Counted from the stretch's first letter, positions 19,189-27,470 are shown. The stretch: DNA of 53,498 nucleotides from Gammaproteobacteria bacterium (GCA_016218345.1 JACREH010000058.1:1-53498); one strand, 5' to 3'. Notes: a model not told the origin generated them from the letters alone. Program-made: numbers and translations.

Positions 19189-19275
19189 GGCAAGACGAAC
19201 GAAGCGTAGCGTAGCAGGGCTACATAGTATGGCAAGACGAGCGAAGCGTAGCGGAGCAGGGCTACACAATATGGC
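19189..19275. repeat. 42-bp tandem direct repeat, 2.1 copies
   Basis: ggcaagacgaacgaagcgtagcgtagcagggctacatagtat (19189-19230) versus ggcaagacgagcgaagcgtagcggagcagggctacacaatat (19231-19272), then ggc.... 4 mismatches in 42. Confidence 0.9.
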
Positions 19276-19396
19276 GCAGTTGGTCGAGCACCATTCTAGC
19301 GCCGATCGGCACTAAATAGATGCTTTTTCCCCGCCGCCGAACCGGCTAGAATGATCGCAATCCGCCCGCCGTGTTCTCCCCCGCCCCAAGGAGTCT

Positions 19397-20212
19397 ATGC
19401 CCTCGCCGCTTTTGCCGTTGATCGTCGAACCCGAGCTGCTCGAGCGGCACTTGGGTGCCGCGCAACTGTTTATTGTCGATCTCTGCCAGCGCGACGCCTA
19501 TCTCCAGAGTCACATCCCGGGAGCGGTACATCTCGACTACGCGCAAATCGTGCACGCCCAGCCACCGATGCTCGGACTGCTTCCCGATAACGCCACCCTG
19601 GCGGGCCTGTTCTCCACCATCGGCTTGCGCCGCGATCATCATGTGGTGGCCTGCGACGAGGAGGGCGGCGGCCGCGCCGCGCGCCTGTTATGGACGCTGG
19701 ACGTCGTCGGCCACCCGGCGTTCTCGTTGTTGAACGGCGGGCTGACCGCCTGGGAGGACGAACAGCGCCCGTTGACCGACGTTGTCAAACTGCGGCCGCG
19801 GTCCGAGTACCGCATCGACCGCGCCGATCGGTCGCTGGCGACCCAGGACTACATCCTCGCGCACCTGCACGACCCCGGGGTGGTGTTGCTCGACACCCGC
19901 AGCCCCGGTGAGTTCCTCGGCCAGGACAAACGCGCCGCGCGCGCTGGACATATCCCGGGCGCTCGAAATTTAGATTGGATCCGGGCGATGGACGTAACCC
20001 GCAGTCTGCGCTTCAAGCCCGCCGAAGAATTACTCGCTGCGTTCACCGCCCTCGGCGTCACACCGGACAAGGAGATCATCGTCTATTGCCAGACAAACCA
20101 CCGCTCGGCCCATACCTATATGGTCCTGAAGAGCCTGGGCTATCCGCGGGTCAAGGCCTACCCTGGATCGTGGTCGGAATGGGGAAACAGCCCCGATACG
20201 CCGATTGAGTGA
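19397..20212 (+). CDS. thiosulfate sulfurtransferase (two-domain rhodanese, RhdA-like)
   Basis: Two rhodanese domains. Active-site loop CQTNHRS resembles Azotobacter RhdA CQTHHR. AAGGAG lies 3 nt before the ATG; TAGAAT -10 candidate at about 19366. Confidence 0.85.
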   Translation: MPSPLLPLIVEPELLERHLGAAQLFIVDLCQRDAYLQSHIPGAVHLDYAQIVHAQPPMLGLLPDNATLAGLFSTIGLRRDHHVVACDEEGGGRAARLLWTLDVVGHPAFSLLNGGLTAWEDEQRPLTDVVKLRPRSEYRIDRADRSLATQDYILAHLHDPGVVLLDTRSPGEFLGQDKRAARAGHIPGARNLDWIRAMDVTRSLRFKPAEELLAAFTALGVTPDKEIIVYCQTNHRSAHTYMVLKSLGYPRVKAYPGSWSEWGNSPDTPIE

Positions 20213-20235
20213 GCGACCGGCCACGCCCGGCCGGT

Positions 20236-20445
20236 TCAGAGATGACGCGGCGAGTCACAGTGGTAACAATTCTCGCCCCAGCCGTCGTTCATCGCCGGCT
20301 GCGGCTGTTCGCGCAGCACGTAGACATCGCCGATGTACACCATGGCCGCCACCTCCGCCATGCCGGGATGGGCGGATGCTTCCCGATCGATCAGGGTATT
20401 GACCCTGGCGGTCAACGGCGAGGCAAACCGAAATGGATTCTTCAT
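20236..20445 (-). CDS. small hypothetical protein (69 aa) with C-terminal CxxC-His patch
   Basis: GGGAG lies 5-6 nt before the ATG at 20445. GC-rich third positions. ...GWGENCYHCDSPRHL. No family recognised. Confidence 0.5.
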   Translation of the reverse strand: MKNPFRFASPLTARVNTLIDREASAHPGMAEVAAMVYIGDVYVLREQPQPAMNDGWGENCYHCDSPRHL

Positions 20446-20526
20446 AGTCACTCCCTTGCGGCCCGCAGGGCCGCGTAATGGCTCCTAACCATGAGGGAAG
20501 CATAGAACGTGCCGAATTCAGTGCGG

Positions 20527-21654
20527 CTAACCGAGCCGGGCACGCAGGCGCCGCACCGCCTCGGCCAGATTGTCGAGGCTGGTGGCGTAGGAAAAGCGCA
20601 CGTGCCCGCGGGCGCGAAATTCACCGAAATCGAGGCCGGGGGTGACGGCCACGCCGCACTCCTCGAGGAGCATGCCGGCGAACGCCTGGCTGTCGGCGCT
20701 GAAGCGGCGGCAATCGGCATACAGGTAGAACGCCCCCTGCGGGGTGACCGGAATATCGAAGCCGAGCGCGCGCAATGCCGGCAACAGAAAATCGCGACGC
20801 TCCTGGAGGATCGCGCGCCGCTGTTCGAGCTCGGCGGCCACCGCCGGGGTAAAGGCCGCCAGGGCGGCGTGCTGCGCCGGGGTGCTCGGCGCCAGGAACA
20901 GGTTCTGCGCCAGGCGCTCGAGCGGTGCGAACGCGTCCCCGGGCGCCACCAGCCAGCCGAGCCGCCAACCGGTCATTCCATAATATTTTGAAAAGCTGTT
21001 GGCCACGAACACCCGGTCGGAATGGGCGAGCGCGCTGCGGGCGGCGTTGTCATATGTCAAGCCGCGGTAGATCTCGTCGACGATCAACGAACCGCCCAGA
21101 CGTTCGACGGTCGCGACGATCCGTCCGAGTTCGGCATCGCTCGCCACCGTGCCGGTCGGATTCGACGGCGTCGCTAGCAGCACCGCGCGTGTCACCGGCG
21201 TCCAATGACGCTCGATCGTTTCGGCGGTCAATTGATAACGCGTCGCGGCCTCGACCGGAATCAGCCGGGCGATACCGCCGAACAACGTCGCCAGATGGCG
21301 ATAGCAGGGATAGCCGGGGTCGGCCAACAATACCTCGTCACCGGGGCCGACGAGCGCCGCGAACAACAATTGCAAGGCGCCGGATGCACCCGGCGTTACC
21401 AGCACCCGACCCGGATCGACCGCGACCGGCGCGTAGCTGTGCGCAATCGCCGCGCGTAACGCCGGCAGGCCGGCGGTTTCGGTGTAATGCGTGCGGCCGG
21501 CCTCGAGCGCTTCGATGCCGGCCCGGACGATGCCGGCGGGAGTCGGAAAGTCCGGTTCGCCGATTTCCAGATGGATGATGGAACGGCCCTGCGCCTCGAG
21601 CGCGCGGGCACGCGCCAGGATTTCCATCACCTGAAAACCGGGGATATCGATCAT
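20527..21654 (-). CDS. pyridoxal-phosphate-dependent aminotransferase (class I/II)
   Basis: IGEPDFPTP, NPTGT, PLP-lysine motif SFSKYYGMTGWRLGW. Confidence 0.88.
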   Translation of the reverse strand: MIDIPGFQVMEILARARALEAQGRSIIHLEIGEPDFPTPAGIVRAGIEALEAGRTHYTETAGLPALRAAIAHSYAPVAVDPGRVLVTPGASGALQLLFAALVGPGDEVLLADPGYPCYRHLATLFGGIARLIPVEAATRYQLTAETIERHWTPVTRAVLLATPSNPTGTVASDAELGRIVATVERLGGSLIVDEIYRGLTYDNAARSALAHSDRVFVANSFSKYYGMTGWRLGWLVAPGDAFAPLERLAQNLFLAPSTPAQHAALAAFTPAVAAELEQRRAILQERRDFLLPALRALGFDIPVTPQGAFYLYADCRRFSADSQAFAGMLLEECGVAVTPGLDFGEFRARGHVRFSYATSLDNLAEAVRRLRARLG

Positions 21655-21767
21655 GCCTGGGCCTGCACGCCTCGGCCGTCGACGGCGACGATCGTGGCCG
21701 TCCGGCGCCTACCGGTCGTATCTCGACGGTTGGCGCGTTTTCCGCGTCCCGGCCGGCCGGTGATTTG

Positions 21768-21796
21768 TTGCACCCCGCCCCCCTTTCTGGTATAGA
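21768..21796 (+). promoter_or_regulatory. putative sigma70 promoter of dksA (TTGCAC-17 nt-TATAGA)
   Basis: Hexamers at 21768-21773 and 21791-21796, about 60 nt upstream of the dksA ATG. Confidence 0.4.
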
Positions 21797-21807
21797 TGCG
21801 CGCTAAA

Positions 21808-21831
21808 TTTTTTCCGGGTACCCGGAAAAAA
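21808..21831. promoter_or_regulatory. perfect 24-nt palindrome in the dksA leader
   Basis: ttttttccgggtacccggaaaaaa is fully self-complementary. It lies between the putative -10 and the dksA SD. Confidence 0.6.
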
Positions 21832-21855
21832 GCGAATTATTGCAGGAGTTTACGC

Positions 21856-22296
21856 ATGCCGGCCAGTAAAAAAAAGGAAGTCGCCATTCTGATCCATGGG
21901 GTCAGGCCCTATGTCGAAAAGAAGGGCGAGAAATACATGAACAAAAAGCAGACGGAGCATTTCCGCGCCGTGCTGCTGGGGTGGAGACAGGAATTGCTGG
22001 ACGAGGTCTCCAAGACCGTGCACAGCATGCAGGACGAAACCATCAACCACCCCGACCCGACCGACCGCGCCAGCCAGGAAACCGACATGTCCCTGGAACT
22101 GCGCTCGCGCGACCGCGAGCGCAAGCTCATCAAGAAGATCGACGAGGCGCTCGCCAAGATCGACGGCGCCGATTACGGCTTCTGCGAGACTTGCGGGGTA
22201 GAGATCGGCGTGCAACGCCTCGAAGCACGCCCGACCGCGACGCTCTGCATCGACTGCAAGACCCTGGACGAAATCCGCGAAAAACAAATGGGCTGA
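21856..22296 (+). CDS. dksA: RNA polymerase-binding transcription factor DksA
   Basis: PYVEKKGEKYMNKKQTEHFR..., DPTDRASQE coiled-coil tip, RDRERKLIKKI, C4 finger CETCG...CIDC. GCAGGAG lies 7 nt before the ATG. Confidence 0.95.
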   Translation: MPASKKKEVAILIHGVRPYVEKKGEKYMNKKQTEHFRAVLLGWRQELLDEVSKTVHSMQDETINHPDPTDRASQETDMSLELRSRDRERKLIKKIDEALAKIDGADYGFCETCGVEIGVQRLEARPTATLCIDCKTLDEIREKQMG

Positions 22297-22314
22297 GGCC
22301 CGCCGTTGCCGTCG

Positions 22315-22344
22315 AAAAAAGGGGCATTGCGCCCCCTTTTTTTG
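22315..22344 (+). terminator. rho-independent terminator after dksA
   Basis: aaaaaa-ggggc-attgc-gcccc-cttttttt; GC stem followed by a T-run. Confidence 0.7.
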
Positions 22345-22410
22345 CCTGCCGCGTACGCAACGCCGAACGTTCTGGTATTCTGCCGCCACCAACGATCCCG
22401 GGGAGGCCGT

Positions 22411-23721
22411 TTGTATAGTTTGTTGATCCGCAACGCCGTCATCGCCCGCCCGGACGGCACGACCCTGGAAGGCGATCTGGCCTGCGAGCACGGCTTGATC
22501 GCGCGCATCGACGCCGCTATCGATGTGTCCGCCGAGGAAACCATCGACGCGCAAGGCGCCCTGCTCCTGCCGGGCGTGATCGACACCCACGTCCACTTCC
22601 GCGAGCCCGGCAAGGAATACAAGGAGGACCTGGCGAGCGGTTCGCGCGCCGCGGCCGCCGGCGGCGTCACCAGTTTTCTGGAAATGCCCAATACCGAGCC
22701 GCCGACCATCGACCAGGCCTCGCTCGATTTCAAACTGGCGCGCGCCGCCGAAACCTGCGCGGTGAACTACGGATTTTTCATCGGCGCAACCCCGACCAAC
22801 CTGGACGCCGTCAACCGCGTCGCGCCGGTCGCCGGCATCAAGGTGTTCATGGGTTGCAGCACCGGCGGGCTGCTGGTCGACAAGGACGAGGACCTGGAAC
22901 GCATCTTCGCCGGCGGCGAGCGTCTGATCGCGGTGCACGCCGAGGACGAAACCCGCATGCACGCGCGCCGCCGGCTGTTCGCCGACCGGCGCGACAGCGC
23001 CGTGCACTCCGAGATTCGCGACAACCTGTGCGCGCTGCGCGCCACCGAGCGCGCCCTGGCGTTCTCCAAGCGCCACCGGCGACCGCTGCATATCCTGCAC
23101 CTCTCCACCCACGAAGAAATCGAATTGCTGCGGCGCGACAAGCCGGCCTGGGTCAAGGCCGAGGTCATCCCGCATCATTTGTTCCTGAACGTCAAGGACT
23201 ACGAGCGCCTCGGCAATCGCGCCCAGATGAACCCGCCGATCCGCGCGCCCGAGGACAACGCCGCGCTCTGGCAGGCGCTGCAAGACGGCGTCATCGATTT
23301 CCTGGGTAGCGACCACGCGCCGCACACGCTCGCCGAGAAGCGCCTGGAATACCCGAATTCGCCGTCCGGCATGCCGGGCGTGGAAACCTCGCTGCCGCTC
23401 ATGCTCACCCACATGACAGCCGGCAAGTGCACGCTCGCCGAGCTGCAACGCTGGATGTGCAGCGGCCCGGCCGAGCACTACCGCATTCCCAACAAGGGCA
23501 GTCTCCTGGAGGGCTGGGATGCCGACCTCACGCTGGTCGACATTCGCGCCAGCAAGCCGGTGCGCAACGAGGAGTTGTTCACCAAGGCCAAATGGTCGCC
23601 GTACGAAGGCTGGAAACTGGTCGGCTGGCCGCTGTATACCGTGGTCGGCGGCCAGGTGGCGTTCGCGCGCGGCCAGATCCGCGACGGCGTGCGCGGCCGG
23701 CCGTTGGCGTTCGTCAATTAG
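22411..23721 (+). CDS. pyrC: dihydroorotase (class I cyclic amidohydrolase)
   Basis: DTHVHFREPG, VHAED, HILHLST, GSDHAPH metal ligands. TTG start at 22411, 4 nt after GGGAGG. The track ORF begins earlier at 22306. Confidence 0.75.
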   Translation: MYSLLIRNAVIARPDGTTLEGDLACEHGLIARIDAAIDVSAEETIDAQGALLLPGVIDTHVHFREPGKEYKEDLASGSRAAAAGGVTSFLEMPNTEPPTIDQASLDFKLARAAETCAVNYGFFIGATPTNLDAVNRVAPVAGIKVFMGCSTGGLLVDKDEDLERIFAGGERLIAVHAEDETRMHARRRLFADRRDSAVHSEIRDNLCALRATERALAFSKRHRRPLHILHLSTHEEIELLRRDKPAWVKAEVIPHHLFLNVKDYERLGNRAQMNPPIRAPEDNAALWQALQDGVIDFLGSDHAPHTLAEKRLEYPNSPSGMPGVETSLPLMLTHMTAGKCTLAELQRWMCSGPAEHYRIPNKGSLLEGWDADLTLVDIRASKPVRNEELFTKAKWSPYEGWKLVGWPLYTVVGGQVAFARGQIRDGVRGRPLAFVN

Positions 23722-23724
23722 GCC

Positions 23725-24519
23725 GTGGATCAGGTACTGTTGCTGAAGGCGCTGATCCTCGGCATCGTCGAGGGGCTGACCGAATTTCTGCCGATCTCCT
23801 CGACCGGCCACCTGATCATCGCCGGCGATCTATTGCGCTACACCGGCGAGCGTGCCAAGACCTTCGAGATTTTCATCCAACTCGGCTCGATCCTGGGATT
23901 GATGTGGTTTTACCGCGCCCGGCTCGGGCAGCTCGCCGCCGGCCTGTCGAAACCGCCGGCGCAGCGTTTCGTGCTCAATCTGTTCATCGCGTTCCTGCCG
24001 GCCGCGGCGATCGGGCTGCTGCTGCATCGCTTTATCCGTGAGTACTTGTTCAGCCCGGTGACGGTGGCGATCGCCCTGATCGTGGGCGGCGTCGCCATCC
24101 TGGTCATCGAACGCCTGCCGCTGCGCGTCCGCATCGCCGACCTGGCGGCGGTCACGCCGCGCGACGCCTTCAAGATCGGCCTGGCCCAGGCGTGCGCGTT
24201 GTTTCCCGGGGTGTCGCGCGCCGGCGCCACCATCATGGGCGGGCTGTTGAGCGGGCTGACACGCACCGCCGCCACCGAGTTTTCGTTTTTCCTGGCGATG
24301 CCGACCATGCTGGCCGCGACCCTCTACGACCTCTACAAGAGCCGAGTTTTTTTGCAGCCGGACGACCTGCCCGTCTTCGCCCTGGGCTTCGTGAGCGCGT
24401 TCGTCAGCGCCGTGCTGGTGGTGAAGCTGTTCCTCGCCTATGTCGCGCGCCACGACTTCACCGCGTTCGCCTATTACCGCATCGGTTTCGGGCTGCTGGT
24501 GCTGGCGTATTTCGTGTGA
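23725..24519 (+). CDS. uppP: undecaprenyl-diphosphate phosphatase
   Basis: GIVEGLTEFLPISSTGHL, SRAGATI; polytopic membrane protein; GTG start. Confidence 0.93.
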   Translation: MDQVLLLKALILGIVEGLTEFLPISSTGHLIIAGDLLRYTGERAKTFEIFIQLGSILGLMWFYRARLGQLAAGLSKPPAQRFVLNLFIAFLPAAAIGLLLHRFIREYLFSPVTVAIALIVGGVAILVIERLPLRVRIADLAAVTPRDAFKIGLAQACALFPGVSRAGATIMGGLLSGLTRTAATEFSFFLAMPTMLAATLYDLYKSRVFLQPDDLPVFALGFVSAFVSAVLVVKLFLAYVARHDFTAFAYYRIGFGLLVLAYFV

Positions 24520-24664
24520 GAATCTGCCTTCAAACCGTCGCGAGCGGTCGTCAGTCGGGGGAGGCCGGAGCGCAGGAACCGGAGCATACACGGCAGTATG
24601 TGAGGATTCCGAGCACCGCCCGACCCCGGATCACGACCGCGCAGTAGGTTTGAAGGTAGATTCT
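24518..24664. repeat. ~145-nt long imperfect hairpin element
   Basis: Outer arms gagaatctgccttcaaacc (24518-24536) and ggtttgaaggtagattct (24647-24664), 17/18 complementary. Inner arms gcggtcgt/acgaccgc and gtcggg/cccgac. Central catac-acggca-gtatg. Confidence 0.75.
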
Positions 24665-24669
24665 GAAAT

Positions 24670-24785
24670 GGTGGCGGATCGGGCCGGCCACACCCCGGCA
24701 CCCGAACGGGCTGATACGGCTGCTTCCTTCCGGACCTGACCGGGTTTTCAACCGCTCGTCGCCGAGGGGGCCGACCGTCACCGCC
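24670..24785 (-). ncRNA. ffs: signal recognition particle RNA (4.5S)
   Basis: The minus strand reads ...CCCGGUCAGGUCCGGAAGGAAGCAGCCGU.... The GGUCAGGUCCGGAAGGAAGCAGCC core is identical to E. coli 4.5S domain IV. 5' GGCGG...CGGUCGGCC pairs with 3' GGCCGGCC...CCGCC. About 116 nt. Confidence 0.88.
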
Positions 24786-24808
24786 GTGATCGGTTTATAT
24801 GACATCTC

Positions 24809-24959
24809 GCCGCAGAGGCGCAGAGAACGCAGAGAAAAACCATCTTGGGTTGAAACCGAACACGCATTGCCCTGTGGGTAGCTTGGGTCCTTCACGCGAT
24901 GCCGCAAACGATTCTAACAGTGGAATAGGTTTTCTCTGCGTTCTCTGCGCCTCTGCGGC
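24809..24959. mobile_element. MITE-like element, family A (GCAGAG-subrepeat terminal inverted repeats)
   Basis: Left arm gccgcagaggcgcagagaacgcagagaaaaacc. Right arm ggttttctctgcgttctctgcgcctctgcggc. About 32-bp inverted repeat with one indel, ~87-bp core, no ORF. Confidence 0.7.
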
Positions 24960-24989
24960 AAAAACTATTAATTACTCTCAACATCGAAA

Positions 24990-25081
<92 letters not shown>

Positions 25082-25121
25082 GGATACACATATATCCATT
25101 TTTTCCACGGAGCGGAAAAAA

Positions 25122-25210
25122 TGGCGGAGAGGGTGGGAGTCGAACCCACGTGGCGTTTCCGCCCATCCGATTTCGAGTCGGCGCCGTTATGGCCTCTTCG
25201 GTACCTCTCC
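25122..25210 (-). tRNA. tRNA-Ser (anticodon CGA)
   Basis: Minus strand GGAGAGGTACCGAAGAGGCCATAACGGCGCCGACTCGAAATCGG...long variable arm...GGTTCGACTCCCACCCTCTCCGCCA. Confidence 0.92.
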
Positions 25211-25270
25211 GGGGGCGCATAGCTTACGTGGAGTAGGACGCGCGCACAACCCGGCCTATACTTATATTCC

Positions 25271-26713
25271 ATGCGAATCGGCGGCGACTACGCACGACCC
25301 GCGCGGCGGCCCGTCCGGCCGCTGCTCCTCGGCCTGCTGCTGATCCTGTTGTCCGGGACCGGCGGCTGTTCGCTGTTTCAGGACAGCAAGCTCCAAGCCG
25401 TGAAACGCGCCGGCGAACTGGTGGTGCTCACCCGCAACAGTCCCACGACCTATTATGTCGGTCCGGACGGGCCGACCGGCATCGAATACGACATGGCCAA
25501 GGCGTTCGCCGACCGCCTCGGCGTCAAGCTCAAGCTCGTGACCCCGCCACGGTTTTCCGAAATTCTGCCGATGCTCGCCCGCGAACAAGCCGACCTGGCG
25601 GCCGCCGGCCTGACCGTCACCGAGTTGCGGCAGAAACAGGTGCGCTTCGCGCCCTCTTATCAGGAAATACGCCAACAACTCGTCCATCACCTGAACACCC
25701 CGGCGCCGGCCGACATCAAGGGCCTGATCGGCCGGCAGCTGCAAGTGGTCGCCGGCACCAGCTACGCCGAACACCTCAATCAACTCCGGCTGCTTTACCC
25801 GGAGCTGACCTGGACCATCATCGAGGACGTCGATGCCGAGGAGCTGATGCAGCAAATCCAGCAAGGCCTGCTGGAATTCACCATCGCCGATTCCAATATC
25901 GTGGCCGTGAACCGGCAGTTTTATCCGGAATTGCAGGTCGCGTTCGACGTCAAGGAACCGGAAAAGCTCGCCTGGGCGTTTCCGCGCGGCGACGATGACA
26001 GTCTGTACGACGAGGCCACGGCGTTCTTCGGGGAGTTGCGCAAATCGGGCAAGCTCGCGCAACTATTGGAACGCTACTACGGCGCCGCCAGCCGGTTCAA
26101 TCCGATCAATATCAGCGCCTACCTCGGGAAGATCGACACGGTCCTGCCGGTGTATCGAACAATGTTCGAGGACGCTGCCAGGAAAACCAATCTGGATTGG
26201 CGGCTACTGGCCGCCATGGCCTATCAGGAGTCGTTCTGGGACCCCAGGGCCACCTCGCCCACCGGCGTGCGCGGCATCATGATGCTGACCGAGCCGACCG
26301 CCGCATCGCTCGGTGTCACCGATCTGCTCGATCCGGCCCAGAGCATCGACGGCGGTGCGCGCTACCTGCGCCAGATCATCGACCAACTGCCCGAGCGCAT
26401 TCCCGAACCGGACCGCACCTGGATGGCGCTCGCCGCCTATAACATCGGCATCAATCATCTAGGCGACGCCCGCGTCCTGACCCTAGCCCAGAAGGGCGAT
26501 GCCGACAAATGGAAGGACGTACAGGAGCGCCTGCCGCTGCTCGCCAAGGAGGCCTGGTACAGCGGCACCGCCTACGGCTATGCGCGCGGCTACGAGGCAG
26601 TGCAATTCGTCAACCGCATCCGCACCTACTACGATACCCTGCAGAAAAAAGACGAGCAGGATCCGGGAAAGAAGAAGAGCCAGGCATTGAAATTCAAGGC
26701 GCCGGCGATGTGA
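25271..26713 (+). CDS. mltF: membrane-bound lytic murein transglycosylase F
   Basis: Lipoprotein-type signal (LLSGTGGC). N-terminal solute-binding-protein-like domain. C-terminal SLT domain (MAYQESFWDP, AYNIG). Confidence 0.9.
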   Translation: MRIGGDYARPARRPVRPLLLGLLLILLSGTGGCSLFQDSKLQAVKRAGELVVLTRNSPTTYYVGPDGPTGIEYDMAKAFADRLGVKLKLVTPPRFSEILPMLAREQADLAAAGLTVTELRQKQVRFAPSYQEIRQQLVHHLNTPAPADIKGLIGRQLQVVAGTSYAEHLNQLRLLYPELTWTIIEDVDAEELMQQIQQGLLEFTIADSNIVAVNRQFYPELQVAFDVKEPEKLAWAFPRGDDDSLYDEATAFFGELRKSGKLAQLLERYYGAASRFNPINISAYLGKIDTVLPVYRTMFEDAARKTNLDWRLLAAMAYQESFWDPRATSPTGVRGIMMLTEPTAASLGVTDLLDPAQSIDGGARYLRQIIDQLPERIPEPDRTWMALAAYNIGINHLGDARVLTLAQKGDADKWKDVQERLPLLAKEAWYSGTAYGYARGYEAVQFVNRIRTYYDTLQKKDEQDPGKKKSQALKFKAPAM

Positions 26714-26738
26714 CCGGCCGTGGTTTTGCCCGGGCTCT

Positions 26739-27200
26739 TTAGGTACTGCGCCTGGACTGAAAAAATCCCTTCAATAACTGCGAACATTCCTCCCCGAGCA
26801 CCCCGCCCTGCACCTCGGCGCGATGATTGAGCCGCGGGCTGCGCAGCAAGTCGAACACCGTGCCGCCGGCACCGGCCAGGGGATCGGCGGCACCGAACAC
26901 CACGCGCCCGACCCGCGCCAGCACGATCGCGCCGGCGCACATCGGACAGGGTTCGAGCGTGACGTACAGGGTGGCACCGGTCAGCCGGTAATTGCCGAGT
27001 GTCGACGCGGCCGCGCGCAAGGCGGTAATTTCGGCGTGCGCAGTGGGATCGGCGCCGCCGATCGGATGGTTCCAGCCTTCGCCGATGATTTCGTTTTCCA
27101 ACACGACCAACGCACCGACCGGCACCTCGCCGTCTTGCTCGGCGCGGCGCGCCAGATCGAGGGCGCGTTGCATGAATTCTAAATCGTTAGCTTCGGACAC
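26739..27200 (-). CDS. tadA: tRNA adenosine(34) deaminase
   Basis: HAEITALR ... PCPMCAGA deaminase zinc motifs. The GTG start gives [17 protein letters not shown], parallel to E. coli TadA. Confidence 0.93.
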   Translation of the reverse strand: MSEANDLEFMQRALDLARRAEQDGEVPVGALVVLENEIIGEGWNHPIGGADPTAHAEITALRAAASTLGNYRLTGATLYVTLEPCPMCAGAIVLARVGRVVFGAADPLAGAGGTVFDLLRSPRLNHRAEVQGGVLGEECSQLLKGFFQSRRST

Positions 27201-27284
27201 GAGTTATATGTAACAAGTGGTAAGCCCATAAGAAACCACCGACTATGCTTGAGCCTATCTCAAATTCGGTACGTGGCAAGGATG

Positions 27285-27381
27285 TTCGTCATGCCCGCGG
27301 ACGCGGGCATCCAGAAAATACCTGAAAATGCTGGATTCCCGCTCCCCGTTCTAGCCGGGGACAAGCTTCGCGGGAATGACG
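27285..27381. repeat. REP-like element with CGTCATKCCCGCG inverted termini
   Basis: cgtcatgcccgcggacgcgggcat ... cttcgcgggaatgacg. Its translation gives the familiar junk peptides (...AGIQ... / ...LRGNDV). Confidence 0.65.
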
Positions 27382-27470
27382 TCCGGGGCAACACGAACAT
27401 CTGCGGGAATTTTGAGGCAGGTTCTTGTCGCTTGCTGCTTTCTACTTGCCACTTTCCTTGGCAGCATCGG

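Noticed and set aside
18508-19269. Longer 253-aa version of the esterase ORF.
   Set aside because: The extra 30 aa (CSPAPLRFARLA repeated) is the translated 42-bp tandem repeat and begins at a TTG. The homologous N-terminus begins at ATG 19179.
21808-21831. The palindrome contains GGTACC flanked by CCGGG/CCCGG, which raises the possibility of a cloning-vector polylinker artefact.
   Set aside because: The flanks are native promoter and SD sequence of dksA, with no other vector-like sequence. It is treated as genuine, with a cautionary note.
21850-23811. 653-aa minus-strand ORF.
   Set aside because: It is antisense to dksA and the dihydroorotase gene, both of which have clear catalytic motifs. 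It has no motifs and shadow-ORF composition.
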